This document shows positions 18,175 through 29,810 of a stretch of DNA of 44,822 nucleotides, in pieces. The DNA is taken from positions 19,275 through 64,096 of the forward strand of contig CALQZH010000001.1 in the NCBI GenBank assembly GCA_943349395.1, in the 5' to 3' direction. Under the pieces are notes generated by a model. It ran no database searches and had not been told where the DNA came from. It saw only the letters and a program-made list of their open reading frames with translations. Numbering within the stretch: position 1 is the first letter of the stretch; each line of letters starts with the position of its first letter. The stretch comes from Parcubacteria group bacterium (GTDB taxonomy: Bacteria > Patescibacteriota > Minisyncoccia > UBA6257 > UBA11618). The translations under genes were made by a program, and so were the position numbers.

Positions 18175-18711
18175 TTAAGCGACTGTAAAAAAAAGAAAGA
18201 TAAGAAAAAAATGGATTCCTAAGACAATCGACATCGGTCGATATATCTGATTGAATCCGTATTTTACGGTATACGTTATGAATGTGGAAATAATGAATAA
18301 GACAGCCAGGGCGAGGTATAAGAGAAGGAAGAGAAAAGCCCCGAACCCCACCTCCCTCCCAGAAGGATAAAGGAACCAAAAAGCAACGCTTCCTAATATC
18401 AAAAATGACAAAGGACTGAACATTAGGAAGAAAAAGAGAAGTCGGCCTTTTCGGGTTAATTGGCCTTCTATGGCCGTATCAGCTTCGTTCGGAGCCGATA
18501 TGATATTTTGCTGATTATTTTTGCGATCATGGATCAGTGTTGCTATGAATCCTATTGCGAAGAATATTGGCACTGTGATAATCGTGATCGTGTTAAGGCT
18601 TGGATAGGAGAAAAAATGAAAAGTAAGAGAGTCGATTATGACAAGAAGGTAGAAAAAGGCAACCGCTATAAGGCCGAAACAAAGGGATTTGACAGCGCTA
18701 CGTAACCACAT
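18175..18711 (-). CDS. Low-GC orphan membrane protein
   Basis: About 5 TM segments; TATAAT-N6-ATG start; AT-rich relative to its neighbours. Confidence 0.7.
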   Translation of the reverse strand: MWLRSAVKSLCFGLIAVAFFYLLVIIDSLTFHFFSYPSLNTITIITVPIFFAIGFIATLIHDRKNNQQNIISAPNEADTAIEGQLTRKGRLLFFFLMFSPLSFLILGSVAFWFLYPSGREVGFGAFLFLLLYLALAVLFIISTFITYTVKYGFNQIYRPMSIVLGIHFFLIFLFFTVA

Positions 18712-18782
18712 GGTCTGATTATATACTTGTTATGGCCTTAATAAAAAATCGAGCATATATTGGGTGCGTAGGGATGAACAGA

Positions 18783-18811
18783 TTGATTTTCTCCGAGGAA
18801 AATCATATGAT
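18783..18811 (+). promoter_or_regulatory. Sigma-70 promoter of tRNA-Gly
   Basis: TTGATT-N17-TATGAT. Confidence 0.5.
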
Positions 18812-18825
18812 AATCCCCATAGAGC

Positions 18826-18896
18826 GCGGGTATAGTACAATGGTAGTACGTTTGGTTGCCAATCAAAATACACGGGTTCGATTCCCGTTACCCGCT
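18826..18896 (+). tRNA. tRNA-Gly(GCC)
   Basis: GCGGGTA/TACCCGC acceptor, U73, TTTGG-TTGCCAA-TCAAA anticodon arm, GGTTCGATTCC T-arm. Confidence 0.95.
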
Positions 18897-18900
18897 CAAG

Positions 18901-19161
18901 CTGATACTTAAAACCCCCATTACAATGGGGGTTTTAAGTATCAGTGTGAAATGGATATCGGGAATCGAACCGTAGGTCCCCTGTTTTCAAGAAGGCCTGT
19001 GGCCGACTATGAAAACAGCGACCTCGAGCGGAGCGAGAGGCGATTCCCGTTTTCAATTAATAATGAGATCTAACCGTAGGTCCCCTGTTTTCAAGAAGGC
19101 TCGCGGCCGACTATAAAAACAGCGACCTCGATCCGCCAACTGGCGGAGAGAGGCGATTCCC
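18901..19161 (+). repeat. tRNA-Gly downstream hairpin plus two tandem palindromic elements G1 (18959-19051) and G2 (19065-19161)
   Basis: 20-bp hairpin at 18901-18944; both units contain AACCGTAGGTCCCCTGTTTTCAAGAAGGC...GGCCGACTATRAAAACAGCGACCTCGA...GAGAGGCGATTCCCG. Confidence 0.9.
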
Positions 19162-19209
19162 GCTTCATTGGCGAGAAATCATCATCAGGAATATTATAAA
19201 TACAAGATA

Positions 19210-19719
19210 ATGACCTTTTTCAATAACACGCGGCGGACGGTGAAATTAGCTTCTTTCGGGGGCGTGGTCGCGTTCCTTGGTTTTATTTTTGCTGGAGTTG
19301 ATAGTGTTAGTGGTATTGCTCTGGGGATTTCTTCCGTTATCGTCGCTCTTCTTATCGCATTCTCTTTTCTCTTGCCCGGCGGGTTCGCGGGGGTTTCTCT
19401 GATACTTTCATATTTTGCATGGGCATTCCTATTGAGCTTCTTAGATCCCCACGCGAGTTTTAACGAGGGCATTATCCTCATATTCATACCGTACTGCATC
19501 ATCACCTTTTCTTATGTATATTTGATAGGAACAGTGAGGAAGCATGATGAGAGTCGGGATATCGTTGTGCAGGGCAGGCAGGCGCCGAAGCAAAGCCTTG
19601 GGATTTTTCTAGGGAAATTCGTAATGGTATTCATCTTGATAGCTCTTGGAATATATGGCTTTTCCTATTTGATAGAAGGCACCTTCATAGACAGGATTAT
19701 AAATAGCATTATTCCCTAG
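19210..19719 (+). CDS. Low-GC orphan membrane protein
   Basis: About 5 TM segments; bracketed by GGCGATTCCCG element ends. Confidence 0.7.
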   Translation: MTFFNNTRRTVKLASFGGVVAFLGFIFAGVDSVSGIALGISSVIVALLIAFSFLLPGGFAGVSLILSYFAWAFLLSFLDPHASFNEGIILIFIPYCIITFSYVYLIGTVRKHDESRDIVVQGRQAPKQSLGIFLGKFVMVFILIALGIYGFSYLIEGTFIDRIINSIIP

Positions 19720-19720
19720 A

Positions 19721-19755
19721 AGGGGCGATTCCCGTTTACAATAAGCGATTCCCGT
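19721..19755 (+). repeat. Two element right-end remnants
   Basis: AGGGGCGATTCCCGTT and GCGATTCCCGT right after the orphan gene stop; they match the tRNA-Gly 3' sequence CGATTCCCGTT. Confidence 0.65.
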
Positions 19756-20213
19756 CACCTCTCTCCTCCTTGCGCTCGCGCGAATTCTTGGAGCGCGGCA
19801 CGTTGGGATTCGTGAAGATGGGCCCCTGGGCGTTGGGTTTGTATGAGAGCGAACGCTTCTTCGGGCGACTTCCCCTTCTTCACGAGATACGCGGCAACGA
19901 GGGTGGGCGCCCTGCCGTGCCCGTTCTTGCAGTGCACATACACCTTCTTTCCCATGGCAACGATTTTTTCGAGTGCGGAAACTCCGAGCTCGAATTGGTC
20001 CGGGGTGGGGGGCATATGGTCGTGTACGGGAATCCACGCAAAAAAGGCGACGCCGAAAGGGGCATCAACCCGTTCTTCTTCTAAGGAGATATCCGCAACG
20101 ATCCCCTCTCGCAGGAGCACTTCGTCAAAGTGCGTTTGACAGCATTGGTTCGTGCCGATATAGATGCCATCGGCAATATGGTTATAATCGAGAGCCTTCT
20201 TGAATAGATGCAT
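19755..20213 (-). CDS. Dual-specificity protein phosphatase family protein
   Basis: VHCKNGHGRA (CX5R) P-loop, IPVHDH loop, AYLV...IQTQRP; start at 20213 or 20234. Confidence 0.9.
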   Translation of the reverse strand: MHLFKKALDYNHIADGIYIGTNQCCQTHFDEVLLREGIVADISLEEERVDAPFGVAFFAWIPVHDHMPPTPDQFELGVSALEKIVAMGKKVYVHCKNGHGRAPTLVAAYLVKKGKSPEEAFALIQTQRPGAHLHESQRAALQEFARAQGGER

Positions 20214-20583
20214 AGGGGGATCGAATGATTGCATGGTAGCACATAGCGGAATTTTTTGATTTTGGAATTCGTCTATGGAATAAAAAAAGTCCGACCACTC
20301 CATTGGCCGGACATCTGCTCCCCTTGCGGGAAGTCTTTAGCGTTTCTGCCGCTCGGGCTCGTCTGCCATAGGGTCGAAAAGCTCGTGCGCAATGAGCGGA
20401 CCGCGGGGGTCCATGATATCGGAGGCGGGGTTCTCGCGCTGCTCGGCCCTGTCTTCGGGCGTCGGGCGCATGCCGTCGCGCGTTCCGTGAATGAGCCATC
20501 TCAATCGTTCGTGCATCGTCCTTCTTTCTTCGGGATGCGGAGAATCATCTCCGTGATACTGAGCCGGTCGAGCGAGGTATTCA

Positions 20584-21189
20584 TTACGGGTATCGTAGAT
20601 CCATCGCTTCCTTGAATCGGAATTCCCGGATGATATCCGGCATGAGGTCGCTAACCTCTTGCTCCATGGGATCGTCGCGATGCTCGAGGGTGCTCCCCTG
20701 CAGCGGCCGCATGCCGAAGCGATACTGCTTCGCGTGCAGGCATTCCTCGATAGTCTGGAGGGCCATCACGTGGAACGCGGGGAGATCCGGCACGTAGTCC
20801 GGCATATGGCCGAAACGCACCAGGTCTCCGCAGTGAGCGTGCTTCATGGCGCGCACGACAAAGACATTCGTGACATAGAGTACAGGTTCCCTGGCCGGAA
20901 GGCTTTCGCCGACAAACATGCGGTTGAAGGAAATGGCTCCTGCGCTGTCGGTTGCATCGCATGCGAAAACGAGATCGTAAGGGGTCGTACGGAATCCCCA
21001 TATCTCGTGCGCGAAGTCCACGCCCTGCTTCATCGCGTCGATGAGGCGATAGAGCGAGGAGCTCGTTACCCAGGGGTAGAGTCCGGTTTTTTGGACGTGG
21101 TCGTCTTGGGAGATGATGGTTAGGAGGTCGTGGAATGGCTGATTCGGAGGGGGATGTAAGAGCGTACGGAGTTGGCCGAGCGCGTTCAT
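20584..21189 (-). CDS. Hypothetical protein with EExxH (zincin-like) motif
   Basis: IEECLHAKQY followed by DPMEQE; SD-like AAGGAA upstream. Confidence 0.55.
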   Translation of the reverse strand: MNALGQLRTLLHPPPNQPFHDLLTIISQDDHVQKTGLYPWVTSSSLYRLIDAMKQGVDFAHEIWGFRTTPYDLVFACDATDSAGAISFNRMFVGESLPAREPVLYVTNVFVVRAMKHAHCGDLVRFGHMPDYVPDLPAFHVMALQTIEECLHAKQYRFGMRPLQGSTLEHRDDPMEQEVSDLMPDIIREFRFKEAMDLRYP

Positions 21190-21306
21190 GGGGTTCCTTT
21201 CGATGGTTGGCGTGTCGAAGATCTACGTCCCCATGATCGGTTTTTCAATGCAAAAAGTCAATAAAAACAAGCTTATTCAAGCCTCTTATGGGGTGGATGG
21301 GATGGG

Positions 21307-21336
21307 TTGACAATATTGATATTAGTATGGTATAAT
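21307..21336 (+). promoter_or_regulatory. Consensus sigma-70 promoter
   Basis: TTGACA-N18-TATAAT with an extended TGn. Confidence 0.75.
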
Positions 21337-21421
21337 ATACATGTAGAGAGTAAGACGAGATCCTGCTCCGCGTGGTGCGGAATAGGACGGAAATCCTTGA
21401 AAATTCGTTGGAGACGAAATC

Positions 21422-21736
21422 ATGCAGGCGTTGAAATGGATTCGTGAAGTGGCGATGTTCTTCTTCTTTGGAAGCTTCGTCGTGGGCGGGGGCCTCGGCC
21501 TCGTGTGGCTCGGAGGCAGTGATCTTCCTATGGTACGAACGCTCGCGATGCTCGGAGCATTCGTGTTCTGCCTTACGGCCACGATCCAGATGCTCATCAC
21601 CGCGTTTCTGTGGATGAGCGGCTGGGAGATCGGCAAGGTGGAAGGAGCTCCCGATGCCTGGGATGAATTCTACTACGCACAGATGGTGGCCGCCGGATGG
21701 CACGTCGGACAAAACGGCTGGGAAAAGAATGCGTGA
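21422..21736 (+). CDS. Small membrane protein
   Basis: GGAG SD, two TM segments, downstream of the consensus promoter. Confidence 0.55.
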   Translation: MQALKWIREVAMFFFFGSFVVGGGLGLVWLGGSDLPMVRTLAMLGAFVFCLTATIQMLITAFLWMSGWEIGKVEGAPDAWDEFYYAQMVAAGWHVGQNGWEKNA

Positions 21737-21817
21737 GGCCGGAACGGCCTCGTTCACGAGGCTCGCTCGGACTTCGGTCCGGACGAGCTTCATTTTTTGG
21801 AGGAAGGAGCATGAAGG

Positions 21818-22003
21818 ATGAAGGCAGTGAGGAGAATTCCGTGGTGCGTGGTGCTCTTCGTGGGTGCCATGGCATGCTTCGCCTGGTCTGCGGTCGCCTC
21901 GGGCCAGGCAGGGATTACGAAGGGCATGTCGGTCGTAGGGTTAGGAGCGCTTCTCGTCGCGCGCGTATCCCTTGGCGGTACTCGCGTGCCAAGAAAAGGA
22001 TAA
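21818..22003 (+). CDS. Small two-TM protein
   Basis: Purine-rich SD region, hydrophobic segments, followed by a hairpin at ~22004-22027. Confidence 0.45.
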   Translation: MKAVRRIPWCVVLFVGAMACFAWSAVASGQAGITKGMSVVGLGALLVARVSLGGTRVPRKG

Positions 22004-22102
22004 AGCCCCGGTAAGGAGACGGGGTTCCAAACGGCGTCGTCGGATCAGGTTGATCCGGCGGCGCTATTTTTATTTTCGCATCTGCGGAAATAATCCTCCG
22101 AA

Positions 22103-22118
22103 TCCGCCAGCTGGCGGA
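22103..22118. repeat. 16-bp palindrome TCCGCCAGCTGGCGGA
   Basis: Identical copy at 32554-32569 and a 1-mismatch copy at 19132-19147; here it caps the hairpin downstream of tyrS. Confidence 0.7.
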
Positions 22119-22136
22119 GAAGGAGGATTATTTCCT

Positions 22137-23279
22137 TTATTTGATCTTCAGCCTGAACGCCTTAAGCTTGCCTATCTGGAGCACGTCGCCGTCCGTTATA
22201 GCGATAGTCGCGTCGGGATTCGCCTGCGCCGCGCCGGCGATTTTCACGCCCCCCTGTTCCACGAGTCGCCGCGCTTCTGCCTTGCTTTTCACCTCCGCGA
22301 GCATGAGCAGGGCGATTATCGGGACTTCTGCTTCCGTGAGGTAGAGATCCGGCATATCCGTCGGCAATCCGCCCTTCGAGAATTTCCGTATGAAATCGGC
22401 CTCTGCCCGCTCCCCTGCCCCGGCGCCGTGGTACATGGTCGTGAGCGTGCGGGCGAGAAGCGCTTTCGCGTCGCGCGGGCTCGCGCCCTCCGGCATCGCG
22501 ACATCGGTCAGGAGCGCGAAGTATTTCGGCATGAGCGCGTCGGGAGCGCTCATGATCTTCCCGAACATGTCATCGGGCGCATCATTCAGGGCTATATAGT
22601 TGCCGAGACTTTTCGACATCTTCTTCTCCCCATCCGTTCCTTCGATGAGCGGGAGCATCATCACATCCTGCTCGTCCATGCCGAAGGCGCGCTGTACGCG
22701 CCTCCCCATAAGCATATTGAACGTCTGGTCGGTACCGCCAAGCTCGACATCGGCCTTGACCGCGACGGAGTCATATCCCTGCATGAGAGGGTATAGGATT
22801 TCCAGCATGCTGATATCCGCATCCTCCGCGATGCGCTTCTTGAAATCGCCGCGGTGCAAGACCTGCTGGACGGTCACCTTGCTCATGAGTTCGATGAGCC
22901 TGGGCAAGGATTCGCCGAGCCACTCGCTATTGCGCCTGATTTCCGCCTTCGAGATATCCACGACTCTGCCTGCCTGGGCGAGATACGTTTCAAGGTTTGC
23001 GGCGACTTCGTCCTTCGTAAGCGTTGGCCGTGTTACGGACTTCCCTGTCGGGTCGCCGATCATAGCCGTGAAGTCGCCTATGATGAGCACGGCCTGGTGC
23101 CCCGCATCCTGGAACGCGCGGAGTTTCCTGAGGGGTACGGTGTGCCCGAGGTGCAGGTCGGGTGCAGTGGGGTCGATGCCGAACTTTACCCGGAGCTTTT
23201 TCCCGGACGCGAGCGCGGCTTCGAGGTGGGCCTTGTCGGCGATCTCTTCTGCGTCCGCGAAAAGGCTAGACGGCTTCAT
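22137..23279 (-). CDS. tyrS: Tyrosine--tRNA ligase
   Basis: GIDPTAPDLHLGH, YPLMQGYD, GGTDQ, KMSKS and a C-terminal S4 domain. Confidence 0.97.
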   Translation of the reverse strand: MKPSSLFADAEEIADKAHLEAALASGKKLRVKFGIDPTAPDLHLGHTVPLRKLRAFQDAGHQAVLIIGDFTAMIGDPTGKSVTRPTLTKDEVAANLETYLAQAGRVVDISKAEIRRNSEWLGESLPRLIELMSKVTVQQVLHRGDFKKRIAEDADISMLEILYPLMQGYDSVAVKADVELGGTDQTFNMLMGRRVQRAFGMDEQDVMMLPLIEGTDGEKKMSKSLGNYIALNDAPDDMFGKIMSAPDALMPKYFALLTDVAMPEGASPRDAKALLARTLTTMYHGAGAGERAEADFIRKFSKGGLPTDMPDLYLTEAEVPIIALLMLAEVKSKAEARRLVEQGGVKIAGAAQANPDATIAITDGDVLQIGKLKAFRLKIK

Positions 23280-23787
23280 AGGGCGTTGCGGCGAGGAAGA
23301 ATGCGACGGTCGCGAAGGCGATGAGCGGCACGGGCAGCATGCCCGCGAGGGCGCCGATGAGTATTAAAAGGGCGTTCGCGGAGAGGCTGACTACGATCGC
23401 GTGGCCGATATTGCGCACGAGGTCGCTCTCGGCGCGCCAAAGGAGGCGGTTGGCGAGCATATAGCCGAAGGAAAAGAGGGCAATGCCGGTGTCGATGAAC
23501 CACGCGGCCAAGGCGGGCGAGGCGCTGGCAGACGAGAGGCCGATCATGACGATCGCCGCTCCTCCCAAGCCGGTCGCGGCCATTGCCGATCGGCGGGTCT
23601 GCCGGGCATGCGCGTGCCTGCCGTACGCGAGCGCGGCGAAAGAGAAGATGACGGTGAGAACGAGGAGGGTGGCGTAGGGGGTCGCGGCGAACGCCGGCGC
23701 TATCTGCCCGCGCACGAAGGGGTACAGGGCCACGCTCCCGGTGAGCCCCGCGAAGAACACGTACTCCCAGAAGCGGAGGCGGATCAT
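23266..23787 (-). CDS. Membrane protein of unknown function
   Basis: About 6 hydrophobic segments; overlaps both clpP and tyrS, so likely co-transcribed. Confidence 0.65.
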   Translation of the reverse strand: MIRLRFWEYVFFAGLTGSVALYPFVRGQIAPAFAATPYATLLVLTVIFSFAALAYGRHAHARQTRRSAMAATGLGGAAIVMIGLSSASASPALAAWFIDTGIALFSFGYMLANRLLWRAESDLVRNIGHAIVVSLSANALLILIGALAGMLPVPLIAFATVAFFLAATPYEAV

Positions 23788-24374
23788 TTGCGGTTCTTGA
23801 TTATCTCGTCGATCACGCCGTACTCCTTCGCCTCTTCGGCAGTGAGATAGAAGTCGCGGTCGGTGTCTTTCTCGATCTTCGCCAGGGTCTTCCCGGTATG
23901 GTGCATGATGATGGCGTTCAGGCGCGCCTTGGTCTTCAGGATATGCTTCGCGCTGATTTCGATGTCGCTCGCCTGCCCCTGCGTGCCGCCCATGACCTGG
24001 TGCAGGAGGACCTCGGAGTTCGGCAGCGCGAAGCGCTTGCCCTTCGCGCCCGCGGCGAGGAGTACGGCGCCCATCGAGGCCGCGATGCCCACGCAGACGG
24101 TCGAGACTGCCGGCTTCACGTATTGCATGGTGTCGTATATGGCGAGGCCCGCGGACACCGATCCGCCGGGGGTGTTCACGTACACGGTGATGTCCTTCTT
24201 CGCATCCTCGTGCTCGAGGAAGAGGAGCTGGGCGATCACGGTGTTCGCGAGGCCGTCAGTGACCGGCCCGGATATAAAAACGATGCGCTCCTTCAAGAGC
24301 CGCGAGTAGATGTCGTATGCGCGCTCGCCTTGCGGCGACTTCTCAATGACTGTCGGTACCAAGTAGTTGTGCAT
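23784..24374 (-). CDS. clpP: ATP-dependent Clp protease proteolytic subunit
   Basis: [23 protein letters not shown] (Ser), HQ (His), DRD. Confidence 0.97.
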   Translation of the reverse strand: MHNYLVPTVIEKSPQGERAYDIYSRLLKERIVFISGPVTDGLANTVIAQLLFLEHEDAKKDITVYVNTPGGSVSAGLAIYDTMQYVKPAVSTVCVGIAASMGAVLLAAGAKGKRFALPNSEVLLHQVMGGTQGQASDIEISAKHILKTKARLNAIIMHHTGKTLAKIEKDTDRDFYLTAEEAKEYGVIDEIIKNRK

Positions 24375-25524
24375 AGACGTTCTTCTGCTGGATTCTCTCA
24401 TAAATATAGTCGTGGAGCCGTTTCGCGTCAACGGGTTCCGGGCCTTTCGCGCCGGCATTGTAATGCGCGATCTCCTTCGCGACCTCATCGTCGGCGGGCT
24501 GTATCCCCTCTTTCTCGGCGATCTCGTAGATCACGAGATGCTGGGCGATCTTCCGCTTCGCGGCGTCGTCCGTGAGGGACGGGTCCTGCTCCTTGATCCG
24601 CACGATCATGGGCGCGGGGATGTCGATTGTCGCGGCATCCGATATCGCCTCGAGCGCCTTCTGCGCCGCGGCTTCGTCCTCGTGCTGGGCCTTCTCGGCG
24701 AGGATCCCGGCGCGCATATTCGTCGCGAGCTCCTCGAACGTCTTGATCGAGCCGAGCGATTGGGCGAATGTGTCGTCTGCCGGGGGCAGGACGCGGTCGA
24801 AAACCTTATTGACCGTCACGTCGAAGGTTATTTCCTTCCCGCGGAGACTTTCCTTCCAATAGTCGGCCGGCCCCGTGAGCGCGAATGCGAGCGTCTGCTC
24901 GGCCGTCACGCCTATGAGCTTATCCTCGAATCCGGGCATGAAGTGGCCGTTGCCGAGCACGAAGCGGTCGTGGTGAGGCTTCGTGTCCTCCGAGCTCGTC
25001 ATGTCGATGTCGATCACATTCCCCTTCGCGGCGGGCGTCGCGAGTTCCGCGAGCGTCGCGCGCGAGGTGCGGAGCCATAGGAGCGCGTCCTCGAGCTCCT
25101 TGTCGGTGACCGCAAGCGCCGCCTTCTTCGTAGCGAGCGCGGCCCGCTCCTTCTCGGCGATTTTCGCATAGCCGGAAATATCGACTTCCGGAAAGAGGGA
25201 GAGCGTCGCGACATAGGAGAATGCCGCCGGATCCTCCTTGATCTCTATGCGCGGCCGGTCGATGATCGTCCAATCATTCGCCTCCGCGGCTTCGGCGAGC
25301 GTGACCTTCACGGCGCGCTCCGCCGCGTCGTCGAACACGGCCTTGGGACTGATCGCCTCGCGCGCGAGGGACTCGGGCACCATGCCCGGGCGGAATCCCT
25401 TTATGGCGAGCTCCGCCCGGCGCGCTTCGAACGCGCGGTCCATATACGCCTTGAATTCGGCGAGATCGATCGAGACGGAAAGCTCGACGCCCGATCCGGG
25501 AAGTTTCTTGAACGATGATGTCAT
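24343..25524 (-). CDS. tig: Trigger factor
   Basis: [10 protein letters not shown] ribosome-binding loop, [15 protein letters not shown] segment; tig-clpP order. Confidence 0.92.
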   Translation of the reverse strand: MTSSFKKLPGSGVELSVSIDLAEFKAYMDRAFEARRAELAIKGFRPGMVPESLAREAISPKAVFDDAAERAVKVTLAEAAEANDWTIIDRPRIEIKEDPAAFSYVATLSLFPEVDISGYAKIAEKERAALATKKAALAVTDKELEDALLWLRTSRATLAELATPAAKGNVIDIDMTSSEDTKPHHDRFVLGNGHFMPGFEDKLIGVTAEQTLAFALTGPADYWKESLRGKEITFDVTVNKVFDRVLPPADDTFAQSLGSIKTFEELATNMRAGILAEKAQHEDEAAAQKALEAISDAATIDIPAPMIVRIKEQDPSLTDDAAKRKIAQHLVIYEIAEKEGIQPADDEVAKEIAHYNAGAKGPEPVDAKRLHDYIYERIQQKNVYAQLLGTDSH

Positions 25525-25568
25525 AGCGGGGTTTTTCTAACTGCTGATCACTGAAAACTAACCACTCG

Positions 25569-27551
25569 TTAAAGGAACGGGACGAGGAGGAGCGCGACGA
25601 TGTTCGCGACCTTGATCAAGGGGTTGATCGCCGGGCCCGCGGTGTCCTTGTAGGGGTCGCCCACGGTGTCCCCTGTTACGGCTGCCTTGTGCGCGTCCGA
25701 TCCCTTGCCGCCGAAGTGGCCGTCCTCGATGTACTTCTTCGCGTTGTCCCAGGCGCCGCCGCCAGTGGTCATCGAGATGCCGAGGAAGAGGCCGGAGGTG
25801 ATGATGCCGATCAGGAGGCCACCCAAGGCCTGCGCGCCGAGGAAGTGGCCGACCGCGATCACGCCGACGATCGGGATGAGCGCGGGCACGACCATCTTCT
25901 TCAATGCCGCGCGGGTCACGATGTCGACCGCCTGGCCGTAGTCGGGAAGGGCCGTGCCTTCCATGATGCCGGGGATCTGCCGGAACTGGCGGCGGATCTC
26001 GTCGACGACCGCGCTCGCGGTCACGCCCACGGCGCGCATGGTGACGCCGCTGAAGAGGTACGGGAGCGAGGCGCCGAGGAGGAGGCCTATCAGGACGAGG
26101 GGGTTCGTGAGGTCGAAGCTCGCCATGGCGCCGCCCGTTTTCGGAAGCGCTTCGGCATAGCTCGCGAAGAGCACCATGGCCGCGAGGCCTGCGGAGCCGA
26201 TGGCATAGCCCTTGGTGACCGCCTTCGTGGTGTTGCCGACGGCGTCGAGCTCGTCGGTGATCTTCCTGACTTCCGCGGATGCCTTGCTCATCTCGGCGAT
26301 GCCGCCGGCATTGTCGGTGATGGGACCGAAGGAGTCGATGGCGACGATGATGCCGGTTGAGGAAAGCATGGCGACGGTCGCGAGGGCGACGCCCACGATG
26401 CCCATGGCGAAGTACGCGGCGAATATCGCGGCGCACACGACGAGGACGGGCATGAAGGTCGACTCCATGCCGACCGCGAGGCCCATGATGACGTTCGTGC
26501 CGTGGCCCGACCGGGACGCTTCGGCTATCGCCTTAACGGGCGCGAATTTCTTGGAGGTATAGTAGTCGGTGATCATGACGAGCAGGCCGGTGACGATAAG
26601 GCCGATCGCGAGGCTCCAGAGGACGTGCGGAATATCCTGGGGTGCCATGGCGAAGCCCGTTGTTTGCCAGAGATCGGTCACAGTGAACCAGAAGAATGCG
26701 GCGGAAAGCACGAGCGAGGCGACGAGGCCCTTGTAGAGCGCGCCCATCACATCCTGCGATTTCCCGAGCGATACGAAGAATACGCCGATGAGCGAGGCGA
26801 CGATCGAGACGCCGCCCAAGACGAGCGGGAGCGGGCTCTGTACGAGGAGAAGCGCGGCGATCATCGAGACCGCGTAGGTCTCGAAGAGGTCCGCGGCCAT
26901 GCCGGCGCAGTCGCTCACGTTGTCCCCTACCAGGTCGGCGATGACGCCGGGGTTTCTCGGATCATCTTCGGGGATGCCCGCTTCCACCTTGCCCACGAGG
27001 TCCGTGCCGACGTCGGCCGCCTTCGTGAAGATGCCGCCGCCCAGCCGGGCGAATACGGAGATGAGGCTCGCGCCGAATCCGAGGCCGATCAAGGAGCTTA
27101 TGTTGCCGCCTGTCGCGAGCGTGAGGCCGGCGACGGATGCGAGCGCCAAGGCGACGACGAGGAAGCCGGTTACGGATCCCGCGCGGAATGCGAGCGAGAG
27201 CGCGGGCGCGAGGCCCTTATGCGCGGCCTGGGCCGTCTTCGCGTTCGCGCGCACGGCCACGTTCATGCCGATATAGCCCGCGGCGCCCGAGGCGATCGCG
27301 CCGATAGCGAAGCCCATCGCGGTCGTCTGGCCGAGATAATGCCAAATCACGAGCGCGAGCGGCACGGCCACGAGGGTGATCGTGAAATACTGGCGGTTGA
27401 GAAACGCGGCGGATCCCGTCTGGATCGCGCGGGAGATGCGCCTCATCTCCTCGTTGCCCGAGGACTGGGCGTTCATGCGGATGACGGTGTATGCGCTGTA
27501 GGCTATCGCGAGCGCTACGGGTCCGAAAATGAGGTAGTTGATCGTATTCAT
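25569..27551 (-). CDS. hppA: Membrane-bound H+-translocating pyrophosphatase (K+-independent type)
   Basis: [42 protein letters not shown] and [14 protein letters not shown] motifs. Confidence 0.96.
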   Translation of the reverse strand: MNTINYLIFGPVALAIAYSAYTVIRMNAQSSGNEEMRRISRAIQTGSAAFLNRQYFTITLVAVPLALVIWHYLGQTTAMGFAIGAIASGAAGYIGMNVAVRANAKTAQAAHKGLAPALSLAFRAGSVTGFLVVALALASVAGLTLATGGNISSLIGLGFGASLISVFARLGGGIFTKAADVGTDLVGKVEAGIPEDDPRNPGVIADLVGDNVSDCAGMAADLFETYAVSMIAALLLVQSPLPLVLGGVSIVASLIGVFFVSLGKSQDVMGALYKGLVASLVLSAAFFWFTVTDLWQTTGFAMAPQDIPHVLWSLAIGLIVTGLLVMITDYYTSKKFAPVKAIAEASRSGHGTNVIMGLAVGMESTFMPVLVVCAAIFAAYFAMGIVGVALATVAMLSSTGIIVAIDSFGPITDNAGGIAEMSKASAEVRKITDELDAVGNTTKAVTKGYAIGSAGLAAMVLFASYAEALPKTGGAMASFDLTNPLVLIGLLLGASLPYLFSGVTMRAVGVTASAVVDEIRRQFRQIPGIMEGTALPDYGQAVDIVTRAALKKMVVPALIPIVGVIAVGHFLGAQALGGLLIGIITSGLFLGISMTTGGGAWDNAKKYIEDGHFGGKGSDAHKAAVTGDTVGDPYKDTAGPAINPLIKVANIVALLLVPFL

Positions 27552-27576
27552 TGGTGTGTATGTATGATTCGTTTTC

Positions 27577-28836
<1,260 letters not shown>

Positions 28837-28938
28837 GATGCGGAGTGATTAGTTTGTATGGCGGTCGGATAGGCGCTTGAAAATGATAATGGCCGCCCAC
28901 TCGGACAGCCAGTCAGTCGCATACCCTCAATATCGATA

Positions 28939-29319
28939 TTATATGTTTTCGTAATGCCGTATGTCAAGGGTGCCGTTCCTATGGATATCGACGGCTATCA
29001 TGTCGATGCGCCATCCCCTCTCACCTACGAGTTTCGGGCGGGCGTTCGCATATGCCTCTGCTGCGCGCTTGGTCTTCCTGACTTTCGCGGCGGTCATATT
29101 ATCCTCGGGCGTTATGAAACTGTTTGACGATAAAGTCAAATCAGTGCATATGGTTTTAACCTCGACGAAGACGAGAGTTCGGTCGGGGGCGGTAGCGATG
29201 ATGTCGAGCTCGCCCCAGGTCTGGGAGTGGTTGCGCTCGACCACCCGGTATTTTTTGGCGATCAGGTAATCTGCGGCGGCATCCTCCCCTGCTTGGCCGA
29301 CGGATCGGTTCGTTTTCAT
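28939..29319 (-). CDS. yraN: YraN (UPF0102) family endonuclease-like protein
   Basis: GQAGEDAAADYL, GELDIIA, LVFVEVKT and RIDMIAV motifs; TATACT-N6-ATG start. Confidence 0.9.
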   Translation of the reverse strand: MKTNRSVGQAGEDAAADYLIAKKYRVVERNHSQTWGELDIIATAPDRTLVFVEVKTICTDLTLSSNSFITPEDNMTAAKVRKTKRAAEAYANARPKLVGERGWRIDMIAVDIHRNGTLDIRHYENI

Positions 29320-29384
29320 GATTTCAGTATAGCCGTATATGGCGATGTTTGCCGGCGAACACACGCCGGAATTTTAAAAGAGAA

Positions 29385-29706
29385 TGTTTCACGTTTTACA
29401 AATCGATCTGTTTTTTTGTAAATCAGCAAACACTTGAAAATAAGATTTTTTAAAAACATAGGATTGATGAGGATATCGGATTGTAATGAAAATAGAGTGT
29501 TTCACACATGGTAAAAATGTTTCACAGTCGGATATGCGCTTGGTTATTATGTTTTGATGTGTAAAACATTTTTATAAAAATGTTTTACAGTTTTGTTTCA
29601 CAGTCGGATAATGGCTCTGTTATTGATATATCCGAGTGTGAAACATATGTTTCACACGAGAGAATGTTTCACAGTGTTTTACAAAAATGTTTCACAGTGT
29701 AAAACA
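29385..29706. repeat. AT-rich array of 12 TGTTT(C/T)AC(A) motifs (parS half-site-like)
   Basis: Forward copies at 29385, 29498, 29518, 29581, 29594, 29648, 29665, 29675 and 29688; reverse copies at 29560, 29637 and 29698. Confidence 0.85.
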
Positions 29707-29810
29707 GGGAAGGGTGGGGGGATTGAAGATGAAAAAACGCCGTCGCCTCGTCCGCCATGCGGCGGAGAGGGGACGGCGTGTACGGCAAGAAGAGCGTCTC
29801 CGTATCTCGT

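Noticed and set aside
18959-19161. tRNA-associated units as CRISPR repeats or extra tRNAs
   Set aside because: Units are ~90 bp with no unique spacers of constant length, and have no D-arm or anticodon cloverleaf.
29385-29706. CRISPR array
   Set aside because: Repeats are only 8-9 bp, in both orientations, irregularly spaced, and there are no cas genes.
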